From Octopus bimaculoides (lineage: Eukaryota), in assembly GCF_001194135.2 (NCBI RefSeq), contig NC_068992.1, forward strand, positions 52,335,287 through 52,399,286: a stretch of DNA of 64,000 nucleotides, given 5' to 3'. Below, in pieces: positions 50,881 to 64,000 of this stretch (positions are counted from its first letter, which is position 1; each line of letters opens with the position of its first letter). Below the pieces are notes generated by a model that made no database searches, was not told the origin of the DNA, and saw only the letters and a program-made list of their open reading frames with translations. A program made the position numbers and the translations under genes.

Positions 50881-52779
50881 GGTTATTTTGGAATTTGTGG
50901 TTTTGTACCAATGTCATGAAATCATTATTTAACTGGGTGTGAGCTGTACTAGTTTGAGGATACTAGCTTTTACAAGACTACCAAACACTATTACAAGAGA
51001 ACAAAAACAAAAAAAGAACAACTATATTATACTACCAAGACAATATATATTTTGGAAAATATTAGAACAAAAGTTTCTGTGTAAATCATAATAGATGGAA
51101 ACTTTGTTGGCTGGTTACTGCCAGAGTAATGTTGACAAGATGGCTACATCACTGAAGCTGAAGCACTGGTAGCAGTGGAAAGCCAAAAAATGACAATAGC
51201 TGAAGATATGGTAAAAAAAAATAGAGCTATGAAACTATGCAAACATAAATGTAATAAAAGAGGAAAGAATTTAAAAGGAATATAAAGGGTAATTAGGAAT
51301 GTAAAGGGGATATGAACGACTGAAATATAATAAGAATTATACAAGAATATACGAGAATAAATATAAAGAACGTGAATATAATAAGGAATACAAGAATATG
51401 TATGGAATACAAAGGAATAAATAAGAAGGAATACTAATAAAATCATCAAGTAATGACAACAAAGTTTTTATCTTGTTCTTGGTTCATAGTTTGGAAGGAG
51501 ACAACGATATATATTCATTAAATATACACAGCACGTAGCTAGGATATTGTTGGACAATAAAACAGAGCTGCTTTTCAAGTGATGTGTAGAAATGACAGGC
51601 ATCATGAACTCTGTAGATCTGAGAAGATTATTTTGAGAAGTCTTGTTACAGAATAGCAGTCAAATCACCCTGATACCACACTTTATGAACACGAAAAAAT
51701 GAAGGGACACAGTGTATCTGATAGACTTAAATTAGATGCTGTGAGCTTTTTATGAGAGTGTGTGTCCATATTAGTGCTAATCATCCCCAAAATTCTTTAC
51801 ATTTGCCTGTGGAAAATTTTCAGTAGCAGACTTTTCACTTCCGTTGTAATTTTTTTAGATTTTAAAAAGATATTTTTTGTATTTACATTTTTATTGCATT
51901 TACATTATATTTTTTATTATATTTACATAATTTATTTTTATAACATTTGCATTATAGTTTTATTATATATGCATTATATGTTTTTTATTATATTTATATT
52001 ATTTTATCATAGGTCCATTAACAGTGATTTGTTTTAATGTCATGCTATACCACAGAATATATCTATAGATTTTAGCCAACACTGTATGTAAACACTTTGT
52101 TTATATAAAATATCTTCCTCTTCTTCTGTTCATGAAAATATTGTATATAAAAAGACATGGTATTTACATCTCTCTATAAATACAGTAAATACAGTTTGGG
52201 CTAAAAGAAAAAAAAGAAAAAGAATTATCTATAGATATATTCTGTACTACAAAATAGATGCAGTGTTTATTTTATGAAGAAAGAGAAAAAAACATTCTTC
52301 AAAGCATTCTTATAGAAATCTATTTAGACAATCGGTAACTTCTGAAATGTTTGAATGGGACAGCTTTAGGAATTACATGCTTTATTTATAGCAATAATTC
52401 ACAAAATGTAAAATTTTATGAATGAATAACAGCAATAAATGATCTTCTTCAGGAAAAAGGAGGAGTCTTGGTACTTATTCCTGTGTATTTTTATTTACCA
52501 ATCACAGAAATACAGCAGAGAAATAGAAATAAATGGAAGCATTTTAGGAAATGTTTAAACAATTATTAATATCAATAGTTTGAAAAAAGCAATTGAAAAA
52601 TAATGATTTATAAATAGTATACTACTTTATAAGATAAAACAAAATTATTTTAATGTCAATGATTTTAAACTGGACGATAGAAAAACATCATTTATAAATA
52701 ATATTGTGACAACACAAAAAAAACAAGATGTATGAGCATTCATAAACATTTCATTTTCTGTAAAATGTTTTCAGTTTTG

Positions 52780-54180
52780 CCAATTAATACCAGTAATATA
52801 CATGGTGATTATGAGAGCTCTTTGTACAGCACTGATCTTATCAACAGGGCTGCTCCTATAATTAGATATAACACTCTTCCTTATGAAAACACTGTGTCAC
52901 ATATGGATGTTGATGCAAGAACTATTAACTCTATCGTACCATGTTTCCAGTACACCAGGAGCAGCATAAACATATTCTCTACTGGATTCCCATTAAATTG
53001 ATAATAAACAACACACAACTGATCACACTACAGTTTTGTAACCACATTTGTTTATGACTCATTGTAAATTGGGTTCCCCATAACTGTTGCTTACTTTTGC
53101 ATTTAATTTTAAAAAATCTATTTTGCAATGAAGCAATCATGTGATAAACCCTGCACTTCATCTTGTAAATTGAGCAAAGCCTAGACTTTTTGGCTTTGAA
53201 GAAATTATTAATGATATTTATTCTTCAGATAAAGGGTTTACCTTTATGCTGGCAACGAGAGTGATTAGGACAATCAAACTGGTGAGAGTAATGAGGAAAT
53301 TAGCGATTCAATTGAACAATTATGGTAAATCATTTAAACATTTCTGCAAAAAACAAGACGTGAGCATTCATAACATGAACAAAAAGACAAGAAACGCTTC
53401 AGTTTTGTCATTAATATCAGTAATGCATAAATTTTTCGAGTTTCTTCAGGTGTTTATGGGCCCTATGCATCTTCTGTGCAATGCCATGTAAAAGTGCTTG
53501 TGCAGTGCCACATAAACGCACCCAGTACACTCTGTAAAGTGGTTGGTGTTAGGAAGAGAATCCAGTTGTAGAAACCATACCAAATCAGATTGAAGTCTGG
53601 TGCAGCTCCCAGTTTGCCAGCTTTGGTCAAACTATCCAACCCATGCCAGCATGGACAACGGATGTTAAAAGATGATGCAGATGATGATGTTGCTTAAAGT
53701 TACATTGTCAACAAACTTAATGAATTTTACTGATTCTTCAAATGACCTGTGTAGAAATTTCGAAGGAATCTCTTCATAGTTGACTAAATGATGTTTGATA
53801 AATGCTTTAAGATGCTCTGAACATCTAATTTATCATGAGGACCAGCTATATGTCCTTAAGGTTTTGGAAACATTTGAATGTTCCACAGTTGGCATCCCAT
53901 CAAAAACCTTTTTTGGCTTGATTTCAAAAGCTTTTGTCTTATAAAGCATAGCATCAAATGCACCTTCAGATCTTTATAAACTGCTACCCAAAATCCCCTT
54001 AAATGCAAACAGAAATCTCTAAAAATAATAATTTACAAATCTTCACAACATATAATTCTTCATAAAAAATATATCTCATAAAACAGACTAATTTCATTGA
54101 AGCCATCAACAAATTGTTTAAGGACAGAATCTCAACTAAAGCAACAGTGACAGGTTTGCTTTCATCTTTATGATGCACTT
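52780..54180 (-). mobile_element. Possible decayed Academ-like (PIN/XPG-domain) DNA transposon
   Basis: Scattered minus-strand motifs in the expected order: KKVFDG (~53900), DINDKTEAFLVFL (~53400), NMFMLLLVYW (~52960), STSICDTVFS (~52895). Many stops. Confidence 0.35.
53470..53690 (+). mobile_element. RTE-like 3' end
   Basis: GTTAGGAAGAGAATCCAGTTGTAGAAACC...CCATGCCAGCATGGACAACGGATGTTAAAAGATGATG. Confidence 0.8.
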
Positions 54181-54699
54181 ATTATCATCTTCAATATTCT
54201 ATATATCACTGAAATTTCTACTCATTAATACGTGCCTTGTACTGCATATTTTGTTTTTCTTTTCTGTAAAGCAAAATAATATATTCTAGAACTGTCTCTT
54301 TTCTTTCAATATACTCTCTACCGCTGAGTGATTTTTTTCCATGTTGGGAAATAAATTTACATATTCCAAAATGAGGAATCATCTGGAACAAACGATATGA
54401 CAATTGACAGCATTGTTATGTTGCTGATTTCATAAGAACTGTATTCTATTTTCTCGTTTGGCCCACTTTTATTGCAAAATCATCTATGAATCATTTTGTA
54501 ATGCTGTTTTATGGGAAAGACCAGCGTACCTGTATTTCAGTGCATAAACTACAGAAAGCTTTAACACCTGCCCAAATTTTCATGTCACAATACTTGATAA
54601 ATTTCATTCTTCCTTTCATCTGCTGTTTTAGGTGATTTGCTGGTTAAACTGACATTCCGAAGAAGCTGGAAAGGTAAACTGAATTTTAAAATAACTTGC

Positions 54700-55205
54700 T
54701 CTCCTCCTCCTCCTCCTACTACTACTGCTGCTACTTCTGCTGCTGCTGAGGCTACTACTACTACTACTACTACTACTACTAATACTACTACTACTAATAC
54801 TGCTGCTGCTGCTTCTGCTACTGCTGCTTCTGCTACTGCTGCTGTTGCTACTGCTGCTGCTGCTTCCTCTGCTGCTGCTACTACTACTACTACTTATCCA
54901 CCTCCCACTCCTCTCCTATTCCTCCCATCCTCCATCTTCTCCTGCTCTCATCCTTCTTTCCCTCCTCCTCTCATCCTTATCCTCCTCCCCTATCTTTATC
55001 TTCCCGTTCTTATCCTTCTCCCATTCTACTCTTCTTCCTCCCATCCTTATCCTCCCCTTCCTCCCATTCTTATTCTCTTCCTCTCATCATTCTCCTCTTC
55101 CTCCTCCTTCCTCTCCTCATCACTGTCCTTGTCTTTGTCATCATTATCAACATCACCACCACCACCACCACCACCACCATCACCACCATCACCATCATCA
55201 TCATC
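54700..55205. repeat. Compound CCT/CTA/CTG/CAC/CAT low-complexity tract
   Basis: Visible directly. Explains ORF 54637-55230. Confidence 0.95.
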
Positions 55206-56147
55206 CACTTTTCTATGCTTCCATGGATGATACAAAATTCATTGAAGAAGGTTTTTCTGTAACCTGATGCCCTCTTTGTAACCAACCCTCAATTGTTTCC
55301 CAGCAGGGTAATATTACCTTTCGGTTCCCATGTACCAAATCCATTCATAAAGCATTGGTCAGCCTGGAACTTCAGTTAAAGATACTTGTCCAAGGTGCTT
55401 CACAGTGGATTTGAACTCAAAACCATGTATGTAGCTGAAAAGCAAACTTAATAAACAATATCATCCTTACAATACAATGAACTAATTTATAATAACGGTA
55501 AAAGCTCATTTATGTACACTTAAAATAACTATTTAAAACAGCTAATTAATATGTCACCCATGTAAAGCACTCCTTAAACATCAACAGTTCTCATTTACAT
55601 AAATTTTAAAAGTAGCAGGTTTAGGTTAAGTCCAGACACTATAGTGATACAGAAAACTATGTATTAGTATCTCAACTATAATTAAGGTGAATATATTGTA
55701 AAAAATACTCCATAATTTAAAACAACAAAGTTCATTAAAACTTTATATTATTATAATTCATTGTGTATCAAACTGACTTCACAACAGCTGAAGTTGTTTA
55801 CAACACTAATCAGAGATAAAACAAGGGAAGAAAATTTTAATTGTATTGGAAAATAATGTCAACATTTGTATGTGATGGCTATAGTCCTGGCTTCATACAA
55901 CTGTAAATAGTAATTAGAAAAATTCATGGTGATTAATAAATTAGACAAAAGGAAATTAAAAAGAAAATGGCATGAGGAAGCACTCCTACACAAGAGAAGA
56001 AAGAAGCAAATAGTGAAACAAAGAAAAAAGTTACAGAGAAAGTGGGATAGCAATAAAGAATGTGAAGAGAATGGTACAAAGATTACTAGAAAAGAGTATA
56101 TGAGCATAAGGCGACAAATAGGAGAGAGCTGCATATATATATATACA

Positions 56148-56183
<36 letters not shown>

Positions 56184-56187
56184 ACTT

Positions 56188-56755
56188 TTAGGCAAAGGAG
56201 TGGCTGTGTGGTAAGTAGCTTGCTTACCAACCACATGGTTCCGGGTTCAGTCCCATTGCCTGACACTTTGGGCATGTGTCTTCTACTATAGCCTCGGGCT
56301 GCCCAAAGACTTGTCAGTGGATTTGGTAGACGGAAACTGAAAGAAGACCGTCGTATATATGTATATATATATATGTGTGAGTGTTTGTGTGTCTGTGTTT
56401 GTCCCCCCCCAACATCGCTTGACAATCGAGGCTNNNNNNNNNNNNNNNNNNNNNNNNNNNNNNNNNNNNNNNNNNNNNNNNNNNNNNNNNNNNNNNNNNN
56501 NNNNNNNNNNNNNNNNNNNNNNNNNNNNNNNNNNNNNNNNNNNNNNNNNNNNNNNNNNNNNNNNNNNNNNNNNNNNNNNNNNNNNNNNNNNNNNNNNNNN
56601 NNNNNNNNNNNNNNNNNNNNNNNNNNNNNNNNNNNNNNNNNNNNNNNNNNNNNNNNNNNNNNNNNNNNNNNNNNNNCTCGGGCTGCCCAAAGACTTGTCA
56701 GTGGATTTGGTAGACGGAAACTGAAAGAAGACCGTCGTATATATGTATATATATA
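56188..56755 (+). mobile_element. SINE family A spanning an N gap
   Basis: Head and core at 56188-56433. Part of it is repeated at 56677-56755. Confidence 0.85.
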
Positions 56756-56949
56756 TATTGCATAATATTGGATGAATGAGTAAGTAGTACTCAATACTTA
56801 TCATAAAAGATGTGACTTTTTATATTAAAACTGAAGATCTTAGCCTGAAGGCCACACTGGCATGAAATTTCAGATTGGAGTTGTGAGACAAACTTACAGT
56901 CTCAGTTTAATGCCATAATACAAACACACACACACACACACACACACCA

Positions 56950-57635
56950 TCATTATCATCATCATCATCATCATCATTGTTGTCGTCGTCGTTTAACGAC
57001 TGCTTTCCATGCTGGCATGGGTTGGACGTTTTGACTGAAGGCTGGCAAGCCAGAAGGCTACACCAGGCTCCAATCCGATCTGGCAAAGTTTCTACAGCTG
57101 GATGTCCTTCTTAGTGCCAACCACTCCGAGAGTGTAGTGGGTGCATTTTACATGCCACTGGCATGAGGGCCACACAAGCAGTGCCGCCATCGACCACACT
57201 TGAATGGTACTTTTTATGTGCCACTGGCACAGGAGCCAGTCAGGCAACACTGGCAATGACCATGCTTGAATGGTGCTTTTTGTGTGCCACCGGTGTGGGA
57301 CCAATCAGCTGGCACGGGCATCGCCCATGCTCGAATGGTGTTTTTTTACATTCCACTACCATGGGTGCCAATCAGGCGGTACTGTCATCGGCCATGACAC
57401 CGACTTCATTTGCCCCCACAGGTCTTCACAAGCGTAATTTATTGCCCAATGACGGAAGGGTACTCTTAAATGGGCTGGTTATGCTGCACCTGCATAGGCC
57501 ACGGTTATGTTCTCACGTGGCTTTTCAGGTCTTCTCAAGCATACTATATCTCCAAAGGTCTCGGTCACTTGTCATCGCCTTGGTGAGGCCTAAATTTTAA
57601 AGGTCATGCCTCTCCACCTCATCCCAGGTCTTTAA
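56950..57635 (-). mobile_element. RTE-clade LINE 3' end including the ORF C-terminus
   Basis: 57633->57525 reads KTWDEVERHDL*NLGLTKAMTSDRDLWRYSMLEKT*, the RTE-type TW...DL...DR..WR terminus. The repeat-array UTR and (GAT)n tail follow. Confidence 0.85.
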
Positions 57636-57769
57636 AGGTACACATGTCTGAGGAGTGCTCAGCCACTTAATTTCACGTTAATTTCATGAGCAGGCTGTTC
57701 CATTAATCAGTTCAACTGGAACACTCGTAATCACAACCGGCGGAGTGCCAACCAGCCATATATATATTT

Positions 57770-58170
<401 letters not shown>

Positions 58171-58718
58171 CTGTCATAGAAAACATATTAGAACAGGTGC
58201 ATCAAAGAATATTTAATTACTTTTTATGTGTCTAGGCAGTTATGATTTTTATTTAAATGAGTTTCCTGCTGAGAGACAATTAAGCCTGTCTTTTGGCTGA
58301 TGTAGTTCATTTTGTTGTGAGATTTTACATCTGCAGGAAACTTGTCATGTTCAATTTTTACCAAATTGTACAATTAGTAAAACTGACGATGATTCTTTTA
58401 AGCTTGTCTCTTGTACTTCCATAAATCTAAATAGAAAAGAAAAGAAAAACGAAATGCATTTACTTTGAACTTTGTAGATCAATTGCTAAAGGAATAACTA
58501 AACAGACAGTAAAAAATGTAATATACACAGAAGACAACTTTGCTGTATTCCTTCGGCAGCATCTCTATGTTTGCTTTTATTTCTAGCGCTCTTCCTCTCC
58601 CTTTGCCTCATTCTAAATCTCCTCCTACTCTTCTCTTCCTTCTCCATCCTCTTCCTCCTCTTCTCTCCCTCTTCTCCTCATTGCCTTTCTCATCATCATT
58701 ATTGTAGCTTTTATACAC

Positions 58719-58945
58719 GGCGGTGAGCTGCCAGAATAGTTAGCATGCTGCACGAAATGCTTAGCAGTATTTCACCCATTGCTATGTTCTGAGTTCAAAT
58801 TCCACTGAGGTCGACTTTGTCTTTCATCCTTTCGGGGTTGATAAATTAAGTACCAGTGAAACACTGGGGTTCGATGCAATTGACTAGACCCCACCCCTAA
58901 ATTTGGGGCTTTGTGTCTCCAGTAGAAAGGATTATTGCAGTTATT
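58719..58945 (+). mobile_element. Full-length tRNA-derived SINE family B
   Basis: Head GGCGGTGAGCTGCCAGAATAGTTAGC, B-box GAGTTCAAATTCC, central GAGGTCGACTTTGTCTTTCATCCTTTCGGGGTTGATAAATTAAGTACCAG. Confidence 0.85.
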
Positions 58946-60249
58946 ATAGTGTGATAAATTAGTCCCATCAGTAGAGCATAATACAAAATGCACGACACTA
59001 ATTCTTTATCGCCTTATGTTCTGAGTTCAAATCCACCCAAGATGAACAATGCCATTTCATCCTTTCAGGTCAGTAAGGTATCAGTAAAGCACTAGAGTCA
59101 ATGGCATTGACCAGTACCTTCTCCTCAAAATTATTGTCTTTGTACCTAAATTATAAACAATTATACTGTGTAATAGAATTGTAATTATTTTTCTTTTGTC
59201 TTTGGTCTCTGTTATTTCCTATTTGCTTCTATCTAGAAAACAAAGGAAATGACAACTATTCTCGTCAAACTTTGCTTTGAGACCTGGACATCAATGTTTT
59301 GAAATTGACATATTTTTCCATTACATTTCAAATAGATTCAATGCTGAGTTGCTAAAGCAGAAATATTGTTATAACAAATATTTATCTCAGTATTACAGAT
59401 ATGCTTGTCAGTTGCTTGCTCTGAATCACTTGAGAATGTCCCTCAGTGGCTGACATTATGTGCATCTCTTATCATGAGTGGGAGTAGTGAGAGAGCATCA
59501 TGGCCATATGTTGAGAGGAATTCTTTGTAGTTTGAATAAATGTAACAAAAGGTAAATTTGAAGGAAATATTAGCCCTTTTTAATACTTTCTCGGGGTAAA
59601 CAAATAGGAAATAACAGTTGCTACCCAAGGACAAAAATCATGTTACACAGACAAAATGCAGGGCAGTATTTTACTTGGCACTTTATGTTCTTGTACAGGT
59701 GTGTGGCCTTGTGTTTTGGGGTGTTATATTCACAATCATAAAATTGTGGTTTCAATTCCTGGACTTGTGTTCTTGGACTTATGTTCTTGGCTAAACATTT
59801 ATTTTATGTTGCTCCAATCCACTCAGATGTAAGTGCATTCTAGCAATAGGAAGGAAGTTAACCCTGCAACAAACCAGTATCCTGTTCAGAAAGAACTGTT
59901 TGAACATCAGTCACTTTTAAGCTAGAGAAACTGGGTTAATATTGTCCTCATAAGTCATAGCACTTGGGAAAGACCTTAGCTAAGTTTTGTGTTCTGATTT
60001 TAAATCACCCCAAAGTCAGCTTATGGATTTTCCCCTCTGGGGTAATAAAATAAATTACCAGATGAGGATTCACTTTGATATAATTGACTAATACCTACTT
60101 CAAAATATCTGGCTTTGTGCTTTTATTTCACACTTTACATTCTGATTTCAAATCCTGCTGAGGAAAAATTTGCCCTTCAATCCCCCGGAGTCAATAAAAT
60201 ACAGTACTGTAAAGTGCAACCATTATAGACCTGTCTTCTGTACTTTTAA

Positions 60250-60560
60250 AATAGAAATCTCAATCAAAACACTGGTTGAAATTGCTAGACATAACTTTGA
60301 CACTGCATTTATATCTCAGCACATGGGTCAAAGAATTACAAGAGTGATGATAAGAGATATTGGAAATAATCTAGGTTTATGGTTAACTGCCACTTTTAAA
60401 ATGCACTGTAGGTGAGTGGTTAAAGTAGAGCTAATGGTTGACAATGTGCAAACAGACAGTTTCAAAATGAATTTACAAATCCTGAAAACCCCTGAAGGCC
60501 ACAAAGCTACATTGGAACTACACCCACTTTCAGGTTAATTTGCACTATGTGAAAACCCTC
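60250..60560 (+). mobile_element. Diverged LINE ORF1 fragment related to 39164-40075
   Basis: SQHMGQRITRVMIRDIGNNLGLWLTATFKMHCR aligns by eye to PTYMGRRVV*IMVPGVPPGLDLWWILACIYTDCR. Confidence 0.4.
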
Positions 60561-60717
60561 ACAGATTCTTTCAAAAATACCTTCTTCCAGTTCAAGAAAT
60601 AGACAGTGATTAGGATCCAGAGGGAGATGTTTTATCAATTCTTAGGTGCCAGGTTCTCAAACATGTATGAATGGGATACCTTATTTGTTTTTATGCATAA
60701 TAATCATTTATGATATC

Positions 60718-60748
<31 letters not shown>

Positions 60749-60925
60749 ATATATTTATTTTGTCTAAATTTCCAGTTTTTTAATTATCTTTTTTTTTTAT
60801 ACTTCTTATTTCCACTTGTACGCCTTCATATGCCTTGTAGCCTGTTTCATAGTATGTTCTGTATGAATGAATGTACCCTTGTAGCAAATAATAACAAAAG
60901 ACAATGATGAGGATGATGATGAATG

Positions 60926-61009
<84 letters not shown>

Positions 61010-61465
61010 CACAATTAACCCTTCAATGACTAGTTATTAGCCACTTTGCTATAAGTGTCCAATCATTCTATATTATCCTCAACCTGTTTTTCATTTGATG
61101 TGTTTCTTATTTTCATTCAATCCCCAACCACATCAAGAAAAAGACATATACACACACATGCACGCACATGTATGTGTGTGTGTGTGTGTGTGTTTGCATG
61201 CATGCATGTATAGTTTCTTTTGATAACTTTTAACTCTTCAAGGCATATGTTTTGGTGTTAGTTTTGATAATTTTTCTATGGAGTCAGTCTTCATAACGCA
61301 TCTCTTTGAAATGAACATTTTAAAAAATAATTTACCACACTACCAATTTACATCTGTTTCCATGCAATTACACTCTTGAAGAATTCCTACATATCACCAC
61401 ATTTCTTTCTTTCATCCTTTCAACCATTATTGCTACATTTGCTCTCAGCCAGAATCATGACTACT

Positions 61466-61507
<42 letters not shown>

Positions 61508-62271
61508 TTTCTCTCCCTCTTTTCCCCCTTTCTCTCCCTTTGTCTTTCCCACTCTTTCTCAGATTCTCCCACCCTCCCTCTCTTTTGTTTTTCACATCCT
61601 TTCAAGCTTCCCAACTTACACAAATAGTCAATAATTTATTTTCATGCTCTGTGGCTATATTCTTACCAGTTATTCATTATTTTGCTCTTTATGTATTCTC
61701 TGGTAGCTTTAGTCAGCTTGATATCTGCTTTTTTATTTTTATTTTTTTATTTTTTTACCTTTGATTTAGAATCTCCTTTAAAGAAAGTTCAAGCATCAAG
61801 ACATCCCATTCTTAACAATGTACAGTGGTTTACTGCATGACACAAGTAACCCTGTTAAAAGAATGCTAAACTAAAGACCAAACTGTCTGCTGTTCGCATC
61901 CCATCTTTATCATTGTGTAATACCAAAGACTAAGATGTTTAACTCCTAAATGGCCCAGAACACTTGAATGTAATTAAAGACTTTGTGCAAAAGCTTAGCA
62001 GAAGTGTGATAACAGATGGTTAAAACAGTTCCTGCATGGAAGAACAGAATTCTCTCTGGCCTATAATGCCTGTTAATTATTGTGTGATGCCAAAAATGTC
62101 TTTGATTCTTGTGTGCTGTGAAGCAGCACTTACCATGATTCTGACATGTTAGTAGAGCTTCTTTTATCTTTTATCTTTTCCATGTTTCAGTCATTTAACT
62201 GTGGCCAGGCTGGGGCTCCACCTTGAAGAATTTTTAGTTGTATGAATTGACTGCAGTACTTTTTCGTTCGT

Positions 62272-62610
62272 TGCCTTCTAGCACTTGTGCTGGTGGCACA
62301 TTAGAAAATCATTTGAGCAAGGTCGTTGCCAGTGCCGCTGGATTGGCTCCCCTGCAGGTGGCACATAAAAAACACCTTTTTGAGCATGGCCGTTGCCAGT
62401 ACCGTGTGACTGGCCCTCATGCCGGTGGCACGTAAAAGCACCCACTACACTCTTGGAGTGGTTGGCATTAGGAAGGGCATCCAGCTGTAGAAACTCTGCC
62501 AGATCAGATTGGAGCCTGGTGTAGCCATCTGGTTTGCCAGTCCTCAGTCAAATCGTCCAACCCATGCTAGCATGGAAAGCGGACGTTAAACGGTGATGAT
62601 GATGATGATT
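62272..62610 (+). mobile_element. RTE-like 3' end
   Basis: Close match to 19850-20285, with a (GAT)n tail. Confidence 0.85.
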
Positions 62611-64000
62611 CATTCTATTGATCTCTTTTGCTAAACTCCTAGGTTACAGGGATGTAAACACACCAACACCAGTTATCAAGTGGTGGTGAGAGACAAACAC
62701 AGACACAACCACACATACACACACACNNNNNNNNNNTGGTGGTGGTGGCGGTGGTGGCGGTGGTGGTGGTGGCAGTGGTGGTGGTGGTAATAGCTGCAGT
62801 GCTTACCTTCCTGGCGTGCACCAGGGAGCTGCAATCAAGACTAAATAATGGTCTTGAGTTAAAACAAAAATGGAAATTAGAAGCTGATAAAAATCATGCT
62901 CAGGTGTTAGAAAAATTACTTTCAGCTTCTAAAAGGCAACCAACAAGGTAGAACAAGGAAACTACTTTATTGTATTTTATGAAAGATTGCCATTTTGTTG
63001 TAAATATAATTGTAGTTTAATTTTAATTAGAATATTCAGTCTCATTTGAAACTCAGCTTATTCAAGGAAATGAAAACTTGTTTTCATCTCCTGAGAAGCA
63101 ACTAGAATGTAATGAAGACTATTTTGTCATGTTCCACGAAAGAACAACCATTTGTTCGAAATGCTAATCTAGTTTCATTTTAATTGGAATGGCATAATCA
63201 GATATTTCATATCTTGTTCAACATTAAAATAATATATTACCCAACATGATAAATTGTTATTTTTTTTTTTCAGAAAAGATGCTGTGTAAAAGAAACAACT
63301 GATTTATTTTTTTTATATAAATTAGAAAAACATAAGCAGAATTTTTTAGAAAAATACTGGCTAGACTCAAAAAAAAAAGGTGGGGAAAAAATTCTTTGTT
63401 GGTTTCACATGTTTTCTGGAACACATTTCCACATCATGATCATTATAATCATGGTAAGAATTCACTTTTTGGACATTGGTTGGCAAGGGCTAAAGTAGAA
63501 ACCACTTACCCAAGAAACCATGTATTAGCATTGAACCTGAAACTCCATGGTTGTAAAAAAACGTCTTGACCACACACCCATGGCTGCACCTGTTGTTATT
63601 GTTACATAATCCCAGCTCTGGTCATTCCATCTTGTTTTTTTTTTGTTTTTTTAATCTAATGCATCTAGAACAAATTATCCATTGTAACTTGCTTTATTTC
63701 AAGATGACAGTGTGTGTGATTCAAGGATTATTTAACTGATATTTCTCAAAGGTCAGGTGATTATATTGAGGTGCCACGTTTAGCTTGTATTTCATCTAAT
63801 GTTAAGTTGAGGTGAGATATATCACACTCTGGACATCTGGAAAGAATAGTGATTCCATCAAATTCCATCATAGATGAAATCTTTTTTAGATTTCGGTACT
63901 GAATCTTTGAATAAGTGAGGTAAGTAAATGAGAATAAATACATTATTTACATTTCACGGATATTTGTCCTCATCTTGTTTGTTGTTAACACAATGTTTCG

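Larger units (their letters stand above)
18366..56676. other. Assembly gaps (N runs)
   Basis: Large gaps at 18366-18835, 25330-25729, 30095-30209, 39004-39163, 41216-41821, 42336-42978, 43740-44110 and 56434-56676, plus several 10-N gaps. Most abut microsatellites or SINEs. Confidence 0.98.

Noticed and set aside
51105-51200. DGYITEAEA as an EF-hand exon
   Set aside because: Weak acceptor, no preceding EF-loop residues, and a low-complexity purine-rich context.
53246-53491. Plus-strand ORF as a piggyBac fragment (KTRNASVLSLISVMH)
   Set aside because: A single weak motif. The surrounding motifs fit a minus-strand element better.

Overview
AT-rich, repeat-dense eukaryotic non-coding DNA from a gapped short-read scaffold. 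The repeat families look like Octopus (cephalopod); this is inferred from recalled families and was not database-checked. No intact host gene, rRNA, tRNA or CRISPR array is supported, and almost all ORFs in the track are microsatellite or gap artefacts. The window holds three tRNA-derived SINE families, many 5'-truncated RTE-like LINE 3' ends with a hairpin-repeat 3' UTR, R4/Dong-like (RLE) LINE fragments sitting in (TAA)n tracts, Tx1/L1-like ORF1 fragments, and remnants or MITEs of piggyBac, hAT-Charlie, Tc1/mariner and possibly Academ. The most interesting observations are three minimal type I hammerhead-ribozyme-like motifs. Two begin the units of an old ~332-bp tandem repeat (30.66-31.45 kb, retrozyme/Penelope-like). 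The third is embedded in a 48-bp inverted repeat (41.04-41.16 kb). All three deviate from the canonical core, so activity is untested. Also notable are a 20-bp-period TGAGTCA (AP-1-like) minisatellite, a ~555-bp TAA-targeted non-coding element found twice downstream of R4-type 3' ends, a microhomology-joined duplication/inversion and a few orphan exon candidates.
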